The notes: generated from the letters alone by a model not told the origin. Numbered from the stretch's first letter, positions 17,276 through 26,860 are shown. The stretch: DNA of 64,000 nt from Acidimicrobiales bacterium (GCA_030448025.1 JAUJNQ010000001.1:199258-263257); one strand, 5' to 3'. Numbers and translations: made by a program.

Positions 17276-18425
17276 ATGACCGCGCCTGAGGCCTCCGCCA
17301 TCGGAACGGCGAAGCATCGGGCCGTTGACGTGCTGATCGTCGGGGCCGGCCAGGCCGGCCTCGGCACCGGCTACTGGCTGTCGCAGCGGACGTCGGCGTC
17401 GTTCCTGATCGTCGACGCCGCCCCGCGGCCGGGTGAGAGCTGGTGCAACCGGTGGGACAGCTTGACGCTGTTCACACCCCGACGGTTCAGCGCCCTGCCC
17501 GGGCTCCGCTTCCCGAAGGGCAAGGGCCGTTACCCGACCAAGGCGGAGATGCAGGCCTACCTGGCCGACTACGCCCGTCGCTTCGACCTGCCCCTGCTGC
17601 TCAACACCCGCACCGAGGTGGTCGAGGCGGCCGAAGGCGGCGGGTTCGTGGCCCGCACGAACCGGGGCACCATCAGCGCCCGCCATATGGTGGTGGCCAC
17701 CGGCCCGTTCTCCCGACCCGCCGTGCCCGCCGCCGCCGACGGCCTTGACGTCGAGGTGCGCCAGCTGCACTCGTCGGAGTACCAGCGGCCGTCCGACATC
17801 CCCAATGGTGATGTCCTGGTGGTCGGCGGCGGGAACAGCGCCGCGCAGCTGGCCTGCGAGCTGGGCCACCCACCAGGTCACGGTCGCCGCGCCCGGTCCG
17901 CTGTGGTACCTGCCGGAGGAGATCCTCGGGATCAGCCTGTACTGGTGGATCTACCTGACCGGCATCCTCAACGCCGGCGCCGACTCCTGGGTCGGCCGGT
18001 ACGTCCGCCAGCGCGGCGACGCGATCATCGGACGCCAGCTCGACCGGCTCGTCGCCGACGGCACCGTCCGCCTGCTCGCCTCCCGGGTCGTCCAGGGCCA
18101 GGGCCGCACCCTCACCCTCGAGGACAGAACCGCACTCACACCCAGCACGGTGCTGTGGTGCACCGGGTTCCGGCCCGACCACCCCTGGCTGCGCGTGCCC
18201 GGCGCCCTGGACCCCGACGGCAACCCTCGGCACCAGGCGGGAGCCTCCCCCGTCTCGGGCCTGCACTGGATGGGCCTGCCGTGGCAGACCCGGTTGAACT
18301 CCTCCATCGCCGACGGGGTTGACCGCGACGCCCGGGACCTGGTGAGCCGACTGGAGTCACATGGGCTCAGCCACCGGACCGCACCACCAAACCCTTGCAC
18401 ACCCACCCCCGGTGGGGTAGGGTAG
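17276..18425 (+). pseudogene. CzcO-like FAD/NAD(P)-dependent oxidoreductase (flavin monooxygenase fold), one frameshift
   Basis: VDVLIVGAGQAGLGTGYWL (FAD GxGxxG) and VLVVGGGNSAAQLACEL (second GxGxxG) in frame 17276. Continuation ..THQVTVAAPGPLWYLP...VLWCTGFRPDHPWL is in frame 17745..18425. The shift is near 17870. Confidence 0.65.
18395..18423 (+). promoter_or_regulatory. csoR-copA promoter with CsoR-type operator in the spacer; likely leaderless transcript
   Basis: TTGCAC-N17-TAGGGT. The spacer ACCCACCCCCGGTGGGG closely resembles the M. tuberculosis cso operator core CCCACCCCCAGTGGGGTGGG. The -10 ends 7 nt before ATG 18431. Confidence 0.6.
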
Positions 18426-18430
18426 CCGCC

Positions 18431-18736
18431 ATGAAGGTCGACAACCAGCGGTCCGTGCTCAACCGGCTCAAGACCTCGCGCGGTCATTTGGATGGGATCA
18501 TCCGGATGGTCGAGGAGGACGCCTACTGCCCCGAGGTGATGAAGCAGCTGTCGGCGGTGCAGGGCTCGTTGGAGCGGGCCAGCCGCATCGTGCTGCGCAA
18601 CCACCTGGAGACGTGTGTGGCGGCGGCGATGGTGGCGGGGCGGACCGACGAGATCGTGGATGAGCTGATGGAGGCCCTGCGCTTCGACCGGATCACCACC
18701 GGCCCGCTGCCAGAGCCGATCGGACAGGGCACCTGA
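18431..18736 (+). CDS. csoR: copper-sensing transcriptional repressor CsoR
   Basis: 101 aa, [53 protein letters not shown], with the C-H-C Cu(I) ligand set (YC..., H...C) present. Confidence 0.9.
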   Translation: MKVDNQRSVLNRLKTSRGHLDGIIRMVEEDAYCPEVMKQLSAVQGSLERASRIVLRNHLETCVAAAMVAGRTDEIVDELMEALRFDRITTGPLPEPIGQGT

Positions 18737-21136
18737 TGGGCACCCAGACCATGGACCGGACCGGCCCCGTCGAGCTCGTCGTCTCAGGGATGACCTGCGG
18801 CTCGTGCGCCACCCGGGTCCAGAAGGTCCTCTCCCGCCACCAGGGCGTGGAGGACGCCGCCGTGAACTTCGCCACGAAGCGGGCGACCGTGCAGCTCGAC
18901 CCTGACCGGGTGGAGATCAAAGATCTCGTTGCTGCGGTGGCCAAGGCCGGTTACGGCCTGGCGCCGGTCTCGGGATCGTCGGACACCGACGCCGAGGAGT
19001 CGGAGGACAAGGTCCGTTCGATGTGGCTGCGGCGGGTGCTGGTGGCCTGGCCGCTCGGGATCATCGTGCTGGTCCTGTCGCTGTTCTACATGCACGAACC
19101 GTGGGCCCGGTGGACGGCGTTCGCCCTGACCGTCCCGGTGCAGTTCTGGGCCGGGTTCCCGTTCCTGAAGGTCGCAGCCCAGCGCCTGCGGAGCTTCCAG
19201 GCCAACATGGACTCGCTGATCTCGATGGGGACGCTGGCCGCGTTCTTCTTCTCCGCCTACCAGGTGGCGTTCGGGCCGGCCCACTCCGACCACTACTTCG
19301 ACACCTCGGCGCTGATCATCGCCTTTTTGCTCCTCGGCCGCTTCTTCGAGGCCACGGCCAAGGGGAAGGCGTCCCACGCCATCCGGGCTCTGCTCGAGCT
19401 GGGGGCCAAGGAGGCCAGGCTCATCGTGGACGGCGAGGAGCGGCTCGTCCCCGTCGACCAGGTCGCCCTCGGTGACCTCCTCCGGGTCCGACCGGGTGAG
19501 AAGGTCCCCGTCGACGGTGAGGTCGTCGACGGCGCCTCCGCTGTGGACGAGTCGATGCTGACCGGTGAGTCCGTCCCGGTCGACAAGAAGCCCGGCGACA
19601 AGGTGGCCGGCGCCACGCTGAACACCCAGGGCGTCCTCACCGTGCGGGCCACCGCGGTCGGCACCGACACCGCCCTGTCCCAGATCGTCAAGCTGATCGA
19701 GGAGGCCCAGGGGACCAAGGCCCCCGTGCAGGCCCTCGCCGACCGGATCTCGGCGGTGTTCGTGCCCATCGTCCTGGCCATCGCCACCGCCACCCTGGCC
19801 GGATGGTGGGTCCTGGGTGACGACCCGACCAAAGGGCTGGTGGCCGCGGTCGCCGTGCTCATCATTGCCTGCCCGTGCGCGTTGGGCCTGGCCACCCCGA
19901 CGGCCATCCTGGTCGGCACCGGCAAGGGCGCATCGATGGGTGTGCTCATCAAGGGCGGTGAGGTTCTGGAGCGGTCCAAGAAGGTCGACACCGTCGTGTT
20001 CGACAAGACCGGGACGCTCACCAAGGGCCAGATGTCTCTCACCGACGTGATGGTCGGCGCCGGCGTCGACCGGGCCAACCTGCTCCGGTGGGCCGCCGCC
20101 GTCGAGGACGGCTCGGAGCACCCCGTCGGCCACGCTGTCGTCGACGGCGCCCGCGCCGCTGGGATGACGATCCCGGCGGTCACCGGTTTCGCATCCGTCG
20201 CCGGCCACGGCGTCCGGGCCGAGGTCGACGGTGTCGTCGTGCACGTCGGTCGCCGCAAGCTGGCGGCCGAAGCCGGCCTGGTCCTGACCGACGGCCTGGA
20301 GCAGGCCGCCGTCAGAGCTCGAGGCCCGAAGGCAAGACGGCGGTGTTCGCCGGGTGGGACGGCGCTGTGCGCGGTGTCCTGTCGGTGGCCGACACCCTGA
20401 AGGACGGCGCGCCGAGCGCCATCGCCGTCCTGCGGTCCCTGGGCGTGCAGGTGGTCATGATCACCGGCGACAACCGGCGCACGGCCGAGTCGATCGCCGC
20501 CCAGGTGGGCATCGACCGGGTCTGGCCGAGGTCCTCCCCGCCGACAAGGTCGACGAGGTCCGCCGCCTCCAAGCGGACGGGCGGGTCGTGGCGATGGTCG
20601 GCGACGGCATCAACGACGCCCCGGCGCTCGTCCAGGCCGACCTCGGGGTCGCCATCGGCACCGGCACCGACGTCGCCATCGAGTCCTCCGACATCACCCT
20701 GCTCTCCGGCGATCTCCACGGCGTGGCCAACGCCATCCGCCTCTCCCGACGCACGTTCCGCACCATTCTCCAGAACCTGGTGTGGGCGTTCGGGTACAAC
20801 GTGCTGCTCATCCCCCTCGCCGCCGCCGGGCTCCTCAACCCCATCCTGGCTGGCGGTGCCATGGCCATCTCCAGCGTGTCCGTCGTCACCAACAGCCTCC
20901 GCCTAGCCCGGTTCAAGGGCGTCAAGCACGGCAAGAACAAGGACAAGCGGGCGAAGGCCACGCAGGCGAAGACCAGTCCGGCCAAGGTCGCGACCGGTCG
21001 AGAGGTGACAACCCACCGACCGCACCGACCGTACCGACGGTCTCCGCGCCGCCCGCAGCCGGAACAAACGGTTCGGCCACATCGCCGTCTGCGCCACAGC
21101 AGCTGCCGCCTCTCCAGCCGGCCCCTGAGGCTGTAG
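18736..21136 (+). pseudogene. copA: copper-translocating P1B-type ATPase CopA, two frameshifts in the P-domain
   Basis: ATG overlaps the csoR stop (TGATG). N-terminal [31 protein letters not shown] in frame 1. [11 protein letters not shown]...VMITGDN is in a second frame (from about 20320). [10 protein letters not shown]...[12 protein letters not shown] is in a third frame (from about 20520). The reading frame then runs on to 21136. Confidence 0.85.
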
Positions 21137-22783
21137 CAGCCGACAGACCACGCTCGGGCGGCATCAGCTCATCGGCCAACCCGTCGGCCTGGGGGACGCC
21201 TGTCACCTTCGTGGCCGCCGTCGACGCCTCCGGTCCGCGCACCCCGACGGGCAGCGTCCGCTTCACCGACGACACCCTCGAGCTCGGCACCGCTGAGCTG
21301 GACGGACAGGGTCGCGGCCGCCTGACGGTGACCGGCCTTGCCGTCGGCGACCACGAAGTGGTCGCCGTCTACGACGGCGACGACCAGTGCGCGCCATCGA
21401 CAGCAACCATGCGCCAGATCGTCAAGCCTGCCCCCTCGACCACCAGCCTGTCCGTCTCCCCGCCGGGGCCAACCCTCGGCGAGGAAGTCGCCCTCGTCGC
21501 CTCGGTCACCGGCCCCGGCGGCGGCCCTGGCACCGGGACGGTGACCTTCACCGACGGGTCGACGACGATCGGCGTCGCCCCGTTGGACGGCGCGGCGAGG
21601 GCGACCCTGACCGGCCTGCGGCCCGGCGCCGGCAGCCACGGCATCACCGCCGCCTACAGCGGCGACAGGACGCACGTTCCCAGCGGGGCCACCGTGACCG
21701 TCACCATGCGAGCGGCGAGCCGCACCAGCGTGTCGGCCACCCCGGACCCGGCCGGGATCGACGACCGGGTCACGCTGCTGGCCTCCGTCGCATCGACCGC
21801 GTCAGCCCCGCCGACCGGGACGGTCACCTTCACCCTCGACGGGACCGTGGCCGGCTCCCCACCGCTCCTAGACGGTCACGCCACCGTGGAGGTGGTGCCG
21901 GGCGACGCTGGCTCCCACCCCGTCGTCGCCTGCTTCAGCGGCGACGTCGCGGTCGCCCCAGCTCGGCGGCGGCCACCGTCACCGTCGAGCGGGCCGCCAC
22001 CACCATCGACATCACCGCCGTCGACCAGCCCGCTGAGCCGACGGCGGGCGAGGTAGAGGTGGCATCCGACCTCACCCCGCCCATGCCGCCCGAGCCCACC
22101 AGGGCCGAGCGCAAGGCCGGCGCGGCTGCGAGAGCAGCGCCGAAACCGACGGAAGCTTTCCAAGCAGCGAGGCATGACGAAGATGCGCCGCGACCCCAAG
22201 GGCAAACGCCGCAAGCGAAAGAAGTGACCGCGGCCCACGTCGCCGACAAGCGCCTAGGCCAGCGGGTCGTGACACGGATCGTCGTCAAGCGGAACAACCC
22301 GACCCTGCTCGACACCTACGGCCACTGGTGGGTCGAGATCGACGACGTGGAGAGCTACGGGTGGTGGCCCGCTGTCCGTCCTGTCGGCATCACCAAGGCA
22401 CTCGGGGCGTGCCCGGCGTCCTCAACGCCGTCGGTGGCCCCGAAGGTGGTGGCCCCACCGTGGATCCCCGCCACGGCGAGCTCGCCGACCACGCCTTCCA
22501 CCCGGTCAGCGACGGCGACCGCACCGACGGCGCGGTCATCGCCGCCATCCGCCGCTTCGCCACCACCTTCGGCGGCGGGTGGCGCTGGTCGATACGGCCC
22601 ACGGTCAACTGCCGCTCCTTCCAAACGGACCTTCTCGCCGCCGCCGGGTTGGCCGTGCCCGACGGCTACGCCCACACCGCCGGTGCCGGCTGCCCCTTCC
22701 TCCAGTCACCCCGCCGCTGGCGGAACCGGCTGGCCCACCACCGGATCAACGGCGACGGGCACTCTCCTGAGCGATGCCGCTAA
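20990..22783 (+). pseudogene. Ig-like-repeat surface protein with C-terminal LRAT/NlpC-P60-like domain, two frameshifts, start unclear
   Basis: At least four repeats of the type GTVTFTDG...LG.A.LDG.G.A (frame 20782..22056). Continuation SSAAATVTVERAATTIDI...LLDTYGHWWVEIDDVESYGWWP is in frame 21387, then GVPGVLNAVGG...DHAFHPV...TVNCRSFQTDLL in frame 22328..22783. Shifts are near 21950 and 22400. Confidence 0.5.
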
Positions 22784-22787
22784 GGTC

Positions 22788-23057
22788 ATGCTCGCTGTGA
22801 AGAAGGCGTTCATCCTCCTCCTCGTGGTGCTGGTGGTCATCACCGGCCTCCCGGTGCCCATGGCGGGCATGGGGTCGATGAACTGTGCCGACTGCCTGCC
22901 CGGCGTGCTGTTCATGGGCGCCGCCTGCCTGGCCGTGCTCACCGGTGCCGTGACGCTGCTGGCCGCCGCTCTCGTGCTGACGTTGCGAGCCAGAGGCGTC
23001 CGCGGCGGCGGCCGCAACCGCGACGGCCCCCTGCTCCGACCTCCCCGGCTGGCTTAA
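22788..23057 (+). CDS. small two-TM membrane protein with MxCADC motif (paralog of 15498..15755)
   Basis: ATG at 22788 after AAGG (MLAVKKAFILLLVVLVVITGLPVPMAGMGSMNCADCLPG...LLRPPRLA). It sits at the tail of the chimeric ORF 21387..23057. Confidence 0.55.
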   Translation: MLAVKKAFILLLVVLVVITGLPVPMAGMGSMNCADCLPGVLFMGAACLAVLTGAVTLLAAALVLTLRARGVRGGGRNRDGPLLRPPRLA

Positions 23058-23173
23058 GCGCGCCGGCGCGGCGCTCATCGACACCGTCCCGGCGCTGCCT
23101 CCGCAGCGACCCGCGCATCGCAGTCGACGCCTCGTAGCCCCCGGGCTCCAGGCGCACGCCCGTCAGCCAGCCC

Positions 23174-24445
23174 GTGCCCGCACCTGCGGGCACCACTCCA
23201 GCCGAGGTCACCTCCCATGTCAGTCCTCTCGCCGTCGCGCCACCGGCCCGACGTCCCGCCCACCTGGCCCAGCTCGCGAGCCTGTGGGCCATCCTCCTCA
23301 CCGGCCTGTTCGCCGGCGGCGCATCATGCGCCGCCGTCCAAGGCGGCCTCCTCGCCGGCCTCGTCGCCCGCCGCGGCGGCCAACCGATCCCAGCCGTGGC
23401 CGGCACCGCCCGCCGAACACAACCCCGCCCCACCACACCAGCCAACAACAAGGGCAAGGCCAAGTCGGGTTCCACCCCACCCAAGCAACCGGCGGCACCC
23501 CAGCCGAACCCTCCCAGCCCCAACGCGCTAGGAGGCATTGACGACCTGTTGCCGGTAGGGGGCTTCCTCGCCGGCAAGCTCGTCTCCCACGTCCTGCTCG
23601 GCGCCGCCCTCGGAGCGGTCGGCAGCGCCGTCCAGCTGACGCCCCGCACCAGAGCGACTGTGCAGATCTTGGCCGGCGTGGTGATGCTGCTGCTGGCCCT
23701 TGACCTCCTCGGCCTCCACTGGTTCCGGCGCATCACGCCCACCCTGCCGGCCACCTGGGGTCAGCGGATCCGGCGCGACAGCCGCACCAACCCAGCCATG
23801 GGACCCACCATGCTCGGGCTGGCGTCGGTGGCCCTGCCGTGCGGGATCACCCTCAGCATGGAGGTCCTGGCCGTGGCCTCGGGGTCGGCGCTGACAGGAG
23901 CGGCGATCATGGGCGTGTTCGTGCTGGGAACCGCACCGCTGTTCGCCGTGCTCGGCTACCTGGCCCGCCGTTCGGCCACCGCGCTGCGAGGCCGGCTGGC
24001 CGTGCTGGCCGGGGCGGCCGTGCTCGTCACCGCCCTCCTCTCGGTCAACACCGGCCTGGTCCTGCTCGACGCGCCGGTCACCCTCCGCTCCCCGTTCTCC
24101 ACCGGGGATGCCGGGGCGGCCCAGGAGCCACCGCTGTCGCCGTCGGACAGCCCGGAGCCTGCCGCGCCCAGCGACGGCAGCCCGCAACGGCTCGTCGTCA
24201 ACGTCCGCGACAGCTCCTACTCGCCCTCTTCGTTGAGGGCCAAGGCCGGCAGCCCGGTGCAACTCGTGCTCCGCACCAACAACACCGTTGGCTGCACCAG
24301 TTCCATCGTCGTCCCAAACCTCAACCTGGAGGAGACGCTCCCAGAGACCGGCGAGACAGTCCTCGACCTCGGGACGCTGAAGCCCGGCAAGCTCCGGTTC
24401 ACCTGCGGGATGGGTATGTACTCCGGCTCCATCCAGGTCACATGA
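23174..24445 (+). CDS. DsbD_2/TauE-like membrane domain fused to a C-terminal cupredoxin-like domain
   Basis: 423 aa, about 6 TM (GGASCAAVQGG, VALPCGITLSMEVL). C-terminus QRLVVNVRDSSYSPSSLRAKAGSPVQLVLRTNNTVGCTSSIVVP...LRFTCGMGMYSGSIQV is typical of the cupredoxin_1 domain. The start is uncertain. Confidence 0.65.
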   Translation: MPAPAGTTPAEVTSHVSPLAVAPPARRPAHLAQLASLWAILLTGLFAGGASCAAVQGGLLAGLVARRGGQPIPAVAGTARRTQPRPTTPANNKGKAKSGSTPPKQPAAPQPNPPSPNALGGIDDLLPVGGFLAGKLVSHVLLGAALGAVGSAVQLTPRTRATVQILAGVVMLLLALDLLGLHWFRRITPTLPATWGQRIRRDSRTNPAMGPTMLGLASVALPCGITLSMEVLAVASGSALTGAAIMGVFVLGTAPLFAVLGYLARRSATALRGRLAVLAGAAVLVTALLSVNTGLVLLDAPVTLRSPFSTGDAGAAQEPPLSPSDSPEPAAPSDGSPQRLVVNVRDSSYSPSSLRAKAGSPVQLVLRTNNTVGCTSSIVVPNLNLEETLPETGETVLDLGTLKPGKLRFTCGMGMYSGSIQVT

Positions 24446-24660
24446 CCACCGGCCGGTACCGAATCACCGGGATGCACTGCCCCAGCTGCGGCCTCCTGGT
24501 CGACGACACCCTCGAGGACATTCCCGAGATCCAATCGTCCTCCACCGACGTCCGTGCCGGCCATGTTGTGATCAACATAAAGCCCGGCGCCCTCGTCAAC
24601 GACGACACCATCCTCGCCGCCATCACCGGCCTCGGCTATGAGGCTCACCCAGACACCTGA
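24442..24660 (+). CDS. heavy-metal-associated (HMA, CopZ-like) domain protein
   Basis: 72 aa, YRITGMHCPSCGLLVDDTLEDI. ATG overlaps the upstream stop (ATGA). Confidence 0.8.
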   Translation: MTTGRYRITGMHCPSCGLLVDDTLEDIPEIQSSSTDVRAGHVVINIKPGALVNDDTILAAITGLGYEAHPDT

Positions 24661-24753
24661 GCAGTCGGCTGCGCGCGGCGCCGCGCCTCCCCAGCCGCCG
24701 ACGTCCACCCGACACCCGCCTCTCGTCCAAGCCACCCTGGAGCAAGCCCACCC

Positions 24754-25213
24754 ATGAAGCCCTTCTATCCCGCCTGTCCGTCTTGACAGCCGCCGCCGTG
24801 GCCATCCCCGCCTGTGGCGGCGACCAGCAGACCGCCCGCCGCCTGTTCTTCGATCGGGCCCACCAGCCCATACACCAGCTCGCCTCCGCCACCTCCGAAG
24901 TGGACCGGGCTGCCTCGGCCAAGCTGCTCGAGGCCAAGCGGGTCGTCGAGGACGACCTCGACGACCCGGGAGCGGCCGGCCTCGCCGACCACCCCGACAC
25001 CAACATCGCTTTCATCCACCTCGAGGTCTGGCAAGGCTTCAAGACCAATACCATCAACCCCGCAGCTGCTGAGTGGATCAACCCGCCCGGCACCACCGAC
25101 GCCGCGAACCCTGGGGCTTCATCATCGGCCCGGACGGCCGCATCACCGACCGGTTCGACAACGTCGCCGGCGAAGACGAGCTCCAAGCCGCCATCAACCG
25201 GATCCCACGATGA
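24754..25213 (+). pseudogene. putative lipoprotein with thioredoxin-fold-like C-terminus, two frameshifts
   Basis: ATG 24754 gives MKPF then a stop. Adding one C to the CCC run restores MKPLLSRLSVLTAAAVAIPAC|GGDQQ (lipobox). The 3' part WGFIIGPDGRITDRFDNVAGEDELQAAINRIPR is again in another frame and ends in an ATGA overlap with tlpA. Confidence 0.4.
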
Positions 25214-25791
25214 ATACCACACCTGCCACGGCTGAAACCGCTGCAGGCGACGTCCCGTCCAACCGTCTCGGCAGGCGGCGACAGATGCTCGCTGCTGGCA
25301 TCGCCGCCGGCCTCGCCCTCATCAGTGCCGCCTTGGTTCTCAGGCCACCAACCACACCGACCAGCACAGGCGGCGAGGCCGCGCCCGCGCCCGGCATCTC
25401 CCTGCCTGATCTCGCTGACCCCTCCACCACCCGCACCCTGGACGCCCTGCGAGGTCAGCCTGTCGTCGTCAACCTGTTCGCATCCTGGTGCCTCCCCTGC
25501 CGGAGGGAGCTCCCCGTGCTCCAAGCCGCCTCGATCGCCAACCCCGACGTCGCCTTCCTCGGCATCGACCACCAGGACAGCCGCCGAGCCGGGCTTCAGA
25601 TGCTTCGAGAGGCCGGCGTCACCTACCCCGCCGCTCACGACCCCAACGGCATGACCGCCGCCGCCTACCGCGCCAGGGGCATGCCCACCACCATCCTCAT
25701 CACCCGCCACGGAACCGTCGCCGCCACCCACCTCGGCGAGCTCACCCAGCCCCAGCTCGACACCCTCATCCAAGACGCCAGGAACCGATGA
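25210..25791 (+). CDS. TlpA/ResA-family thiol-disulfide oxidoreductase, membrane-anchored
   Basis: 193 aa. TM anchor, VVVNLFASWCLPCRRELPVL (WCxxC), GMPTTILITRHG. Confidence 0.85.
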   Translation: MNTTPATAETAAGDVPSNRLGRRRQMLAAGIAAGLALISAALVLRPPTTPTSTGGEAAPAPGISLPDLADPSTTRTLDALRGQPVVVNLFASWCLPCRRELPVLQAASIANPDVAFLGIDHQDSRRAGLQMLREAGVTYPAAHDPNGMTAAAYRARGMPTTILITRHGTVAATHLGELTQPQLDTLIQDARNR

Positions 25792-25844
25792 CCACCAGCA
25801 CCCGCAATGCGGGATGGCCCACCTGGCGACGTGGGTGGCTTCTG

Positions 25845-26165
25845 GCGGAGAGGCGAAGACGACGCCGGCGTGATGCTCACCGGCTGCCGCCCATGACCTG
25901 ACGATGCGGTCGAAGTCCCTGGCGTTCTCGGTCACCAGTGCCCGTCCATCCCGAGCTGCCGACCGCAACAGCTCCTCGTCCGACAGAGTGCCCAGTAGTT
26001 GATCGTCGGCAGCCGCCATCACGTCGTAGCCCTCGTCTCCTAGGCGCTGGGCGGCTTTGGGGGAGTGGTGGGTGTCGAGAAGCAGCTTCCCCGGGCCAGC
26101 AGGTCGTGCTGGCGGCGCCAAAGCGCTTCGGCCTGGTCGGCGGCAACCAGGTTGGCTTGTATCTG
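25845..26165 (-). pseudogene. truncated copy of the DUF5615 PIN-like toxin gene plus the 3' end of its antitoxin gene (repeat of 45035..45357)
   Basis: KLLLDTHHSPKAAQRLGDEGYDVMAAADDQLLGTLSDEELLRSAARDGRALVTENARDFDRIVRSWAAAGEHHAGVVF matches the intact 44923..45282 gene. By eye, DNA identity is high (roughly 80-90%) over about 320 bp. Both ends are truncated by tlpA and the DtxR gene. Confidence 0.7.
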
Positions 26166-26200
26166 TGTGTCAGGGGGGTGGCAGTGCAGCGAGGTGGCAC

Positions 26201-26860
26201 TTACAGGCGTGCCACGTACAGCTGCCGGGTGAGGGCCGACCCGAGGGCGACGGTGGCGCCGTCCAGCTCGAGAGCAAGAGTGCCGTCCGGCGCCTTCTCG
26301 CGCACCCGAGCGTTGGTACCCGGGATGAACCCGTGCAGGCCCAGGTATGTGAGCGCCTCGAAGTCGAGCTCCACCTGCTCGGGCACCAGCTCCAGGCGAA
26401 CCCGGTCTCCGGGCTGCGACTCTGACAAGAGCACGAGCTCGCGTTCCGGAGCGTCAGTGCCGGGGATTGGGTTGCCGTGCGGACAGGTAGTGGGATGGTC
26501 GAGCAGCACCATCAGGCGGTCCTCCACCTCGTCGGAGATGACGTGCTCCCACCGGGAGGCCTCGACGTGGACCTTGTGCCAAGGAAGGCCGATGACGTCG
26601 GTGAGCAGCCGCTCCGCCAGTCTGTGCTTGCGCACCACGCTCTCTGCCAGGGAGCGACCCTTGGCGGTGAGGCGGATGGCGCGCTTCTTTATGGTCACGT
26701 AGCCGTCGTCCTTGAGCCGACGGACCATCTGAGACACCGATGGCGCCGAGTGGCCGAGGCGTTCCGCCACTCGGGCCTGTATGACCGGGATGCCCTCTTC
26801 CTCGATCTCGTGTATGGCTTCGAGGTAGTCCTCGAGGGGCGGGTGGAATCCGTCGGACAC
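26201..26860 (-). CDS. DtxR/IdeR/MntR-family metal-dependent repressor with C-terminal FeoA/SH3-like domain
   Basis: 219 aa, LEDYLEAIHEIEEEG...RVAERLGHSAPSVSQMVRRL...RKHRLAERLLTDVIGLPWHKVHVEASRWEHVISDEVE. Confidence 0.88.
   Translation of the reverse strand: MSDGFHPPLEDYLEAIHEIEEEGIPVIQARVAERLGHSAPSVSQMVRRLKDDGYVTIKKRAIRLTAKGRSLAESVVRKHRLAERLLTDVIGLPWHKVHVEASRWEHVISDEVEDRLMVLLDHPTTCPHGNPIPGTDAPERELVLLSESQPGDRVRLELVPEQVELDFEALTYLGLHGFIPGTNARVREKAPDGTLALELDGATVALGSALTRQLYVARL

Noticed and set aside
21387-23057. 556-aa ORF treated as one gene
   Set aside because: It is a chimera. The first roughly 190 codons are off-frame Ig-repeat DNA, the middle is a real segment of the frameshifted Ig/LRAT gene, and the last 89 codons are the separate CxDC mini-protein, which has its own RBS and ATG at 22788.
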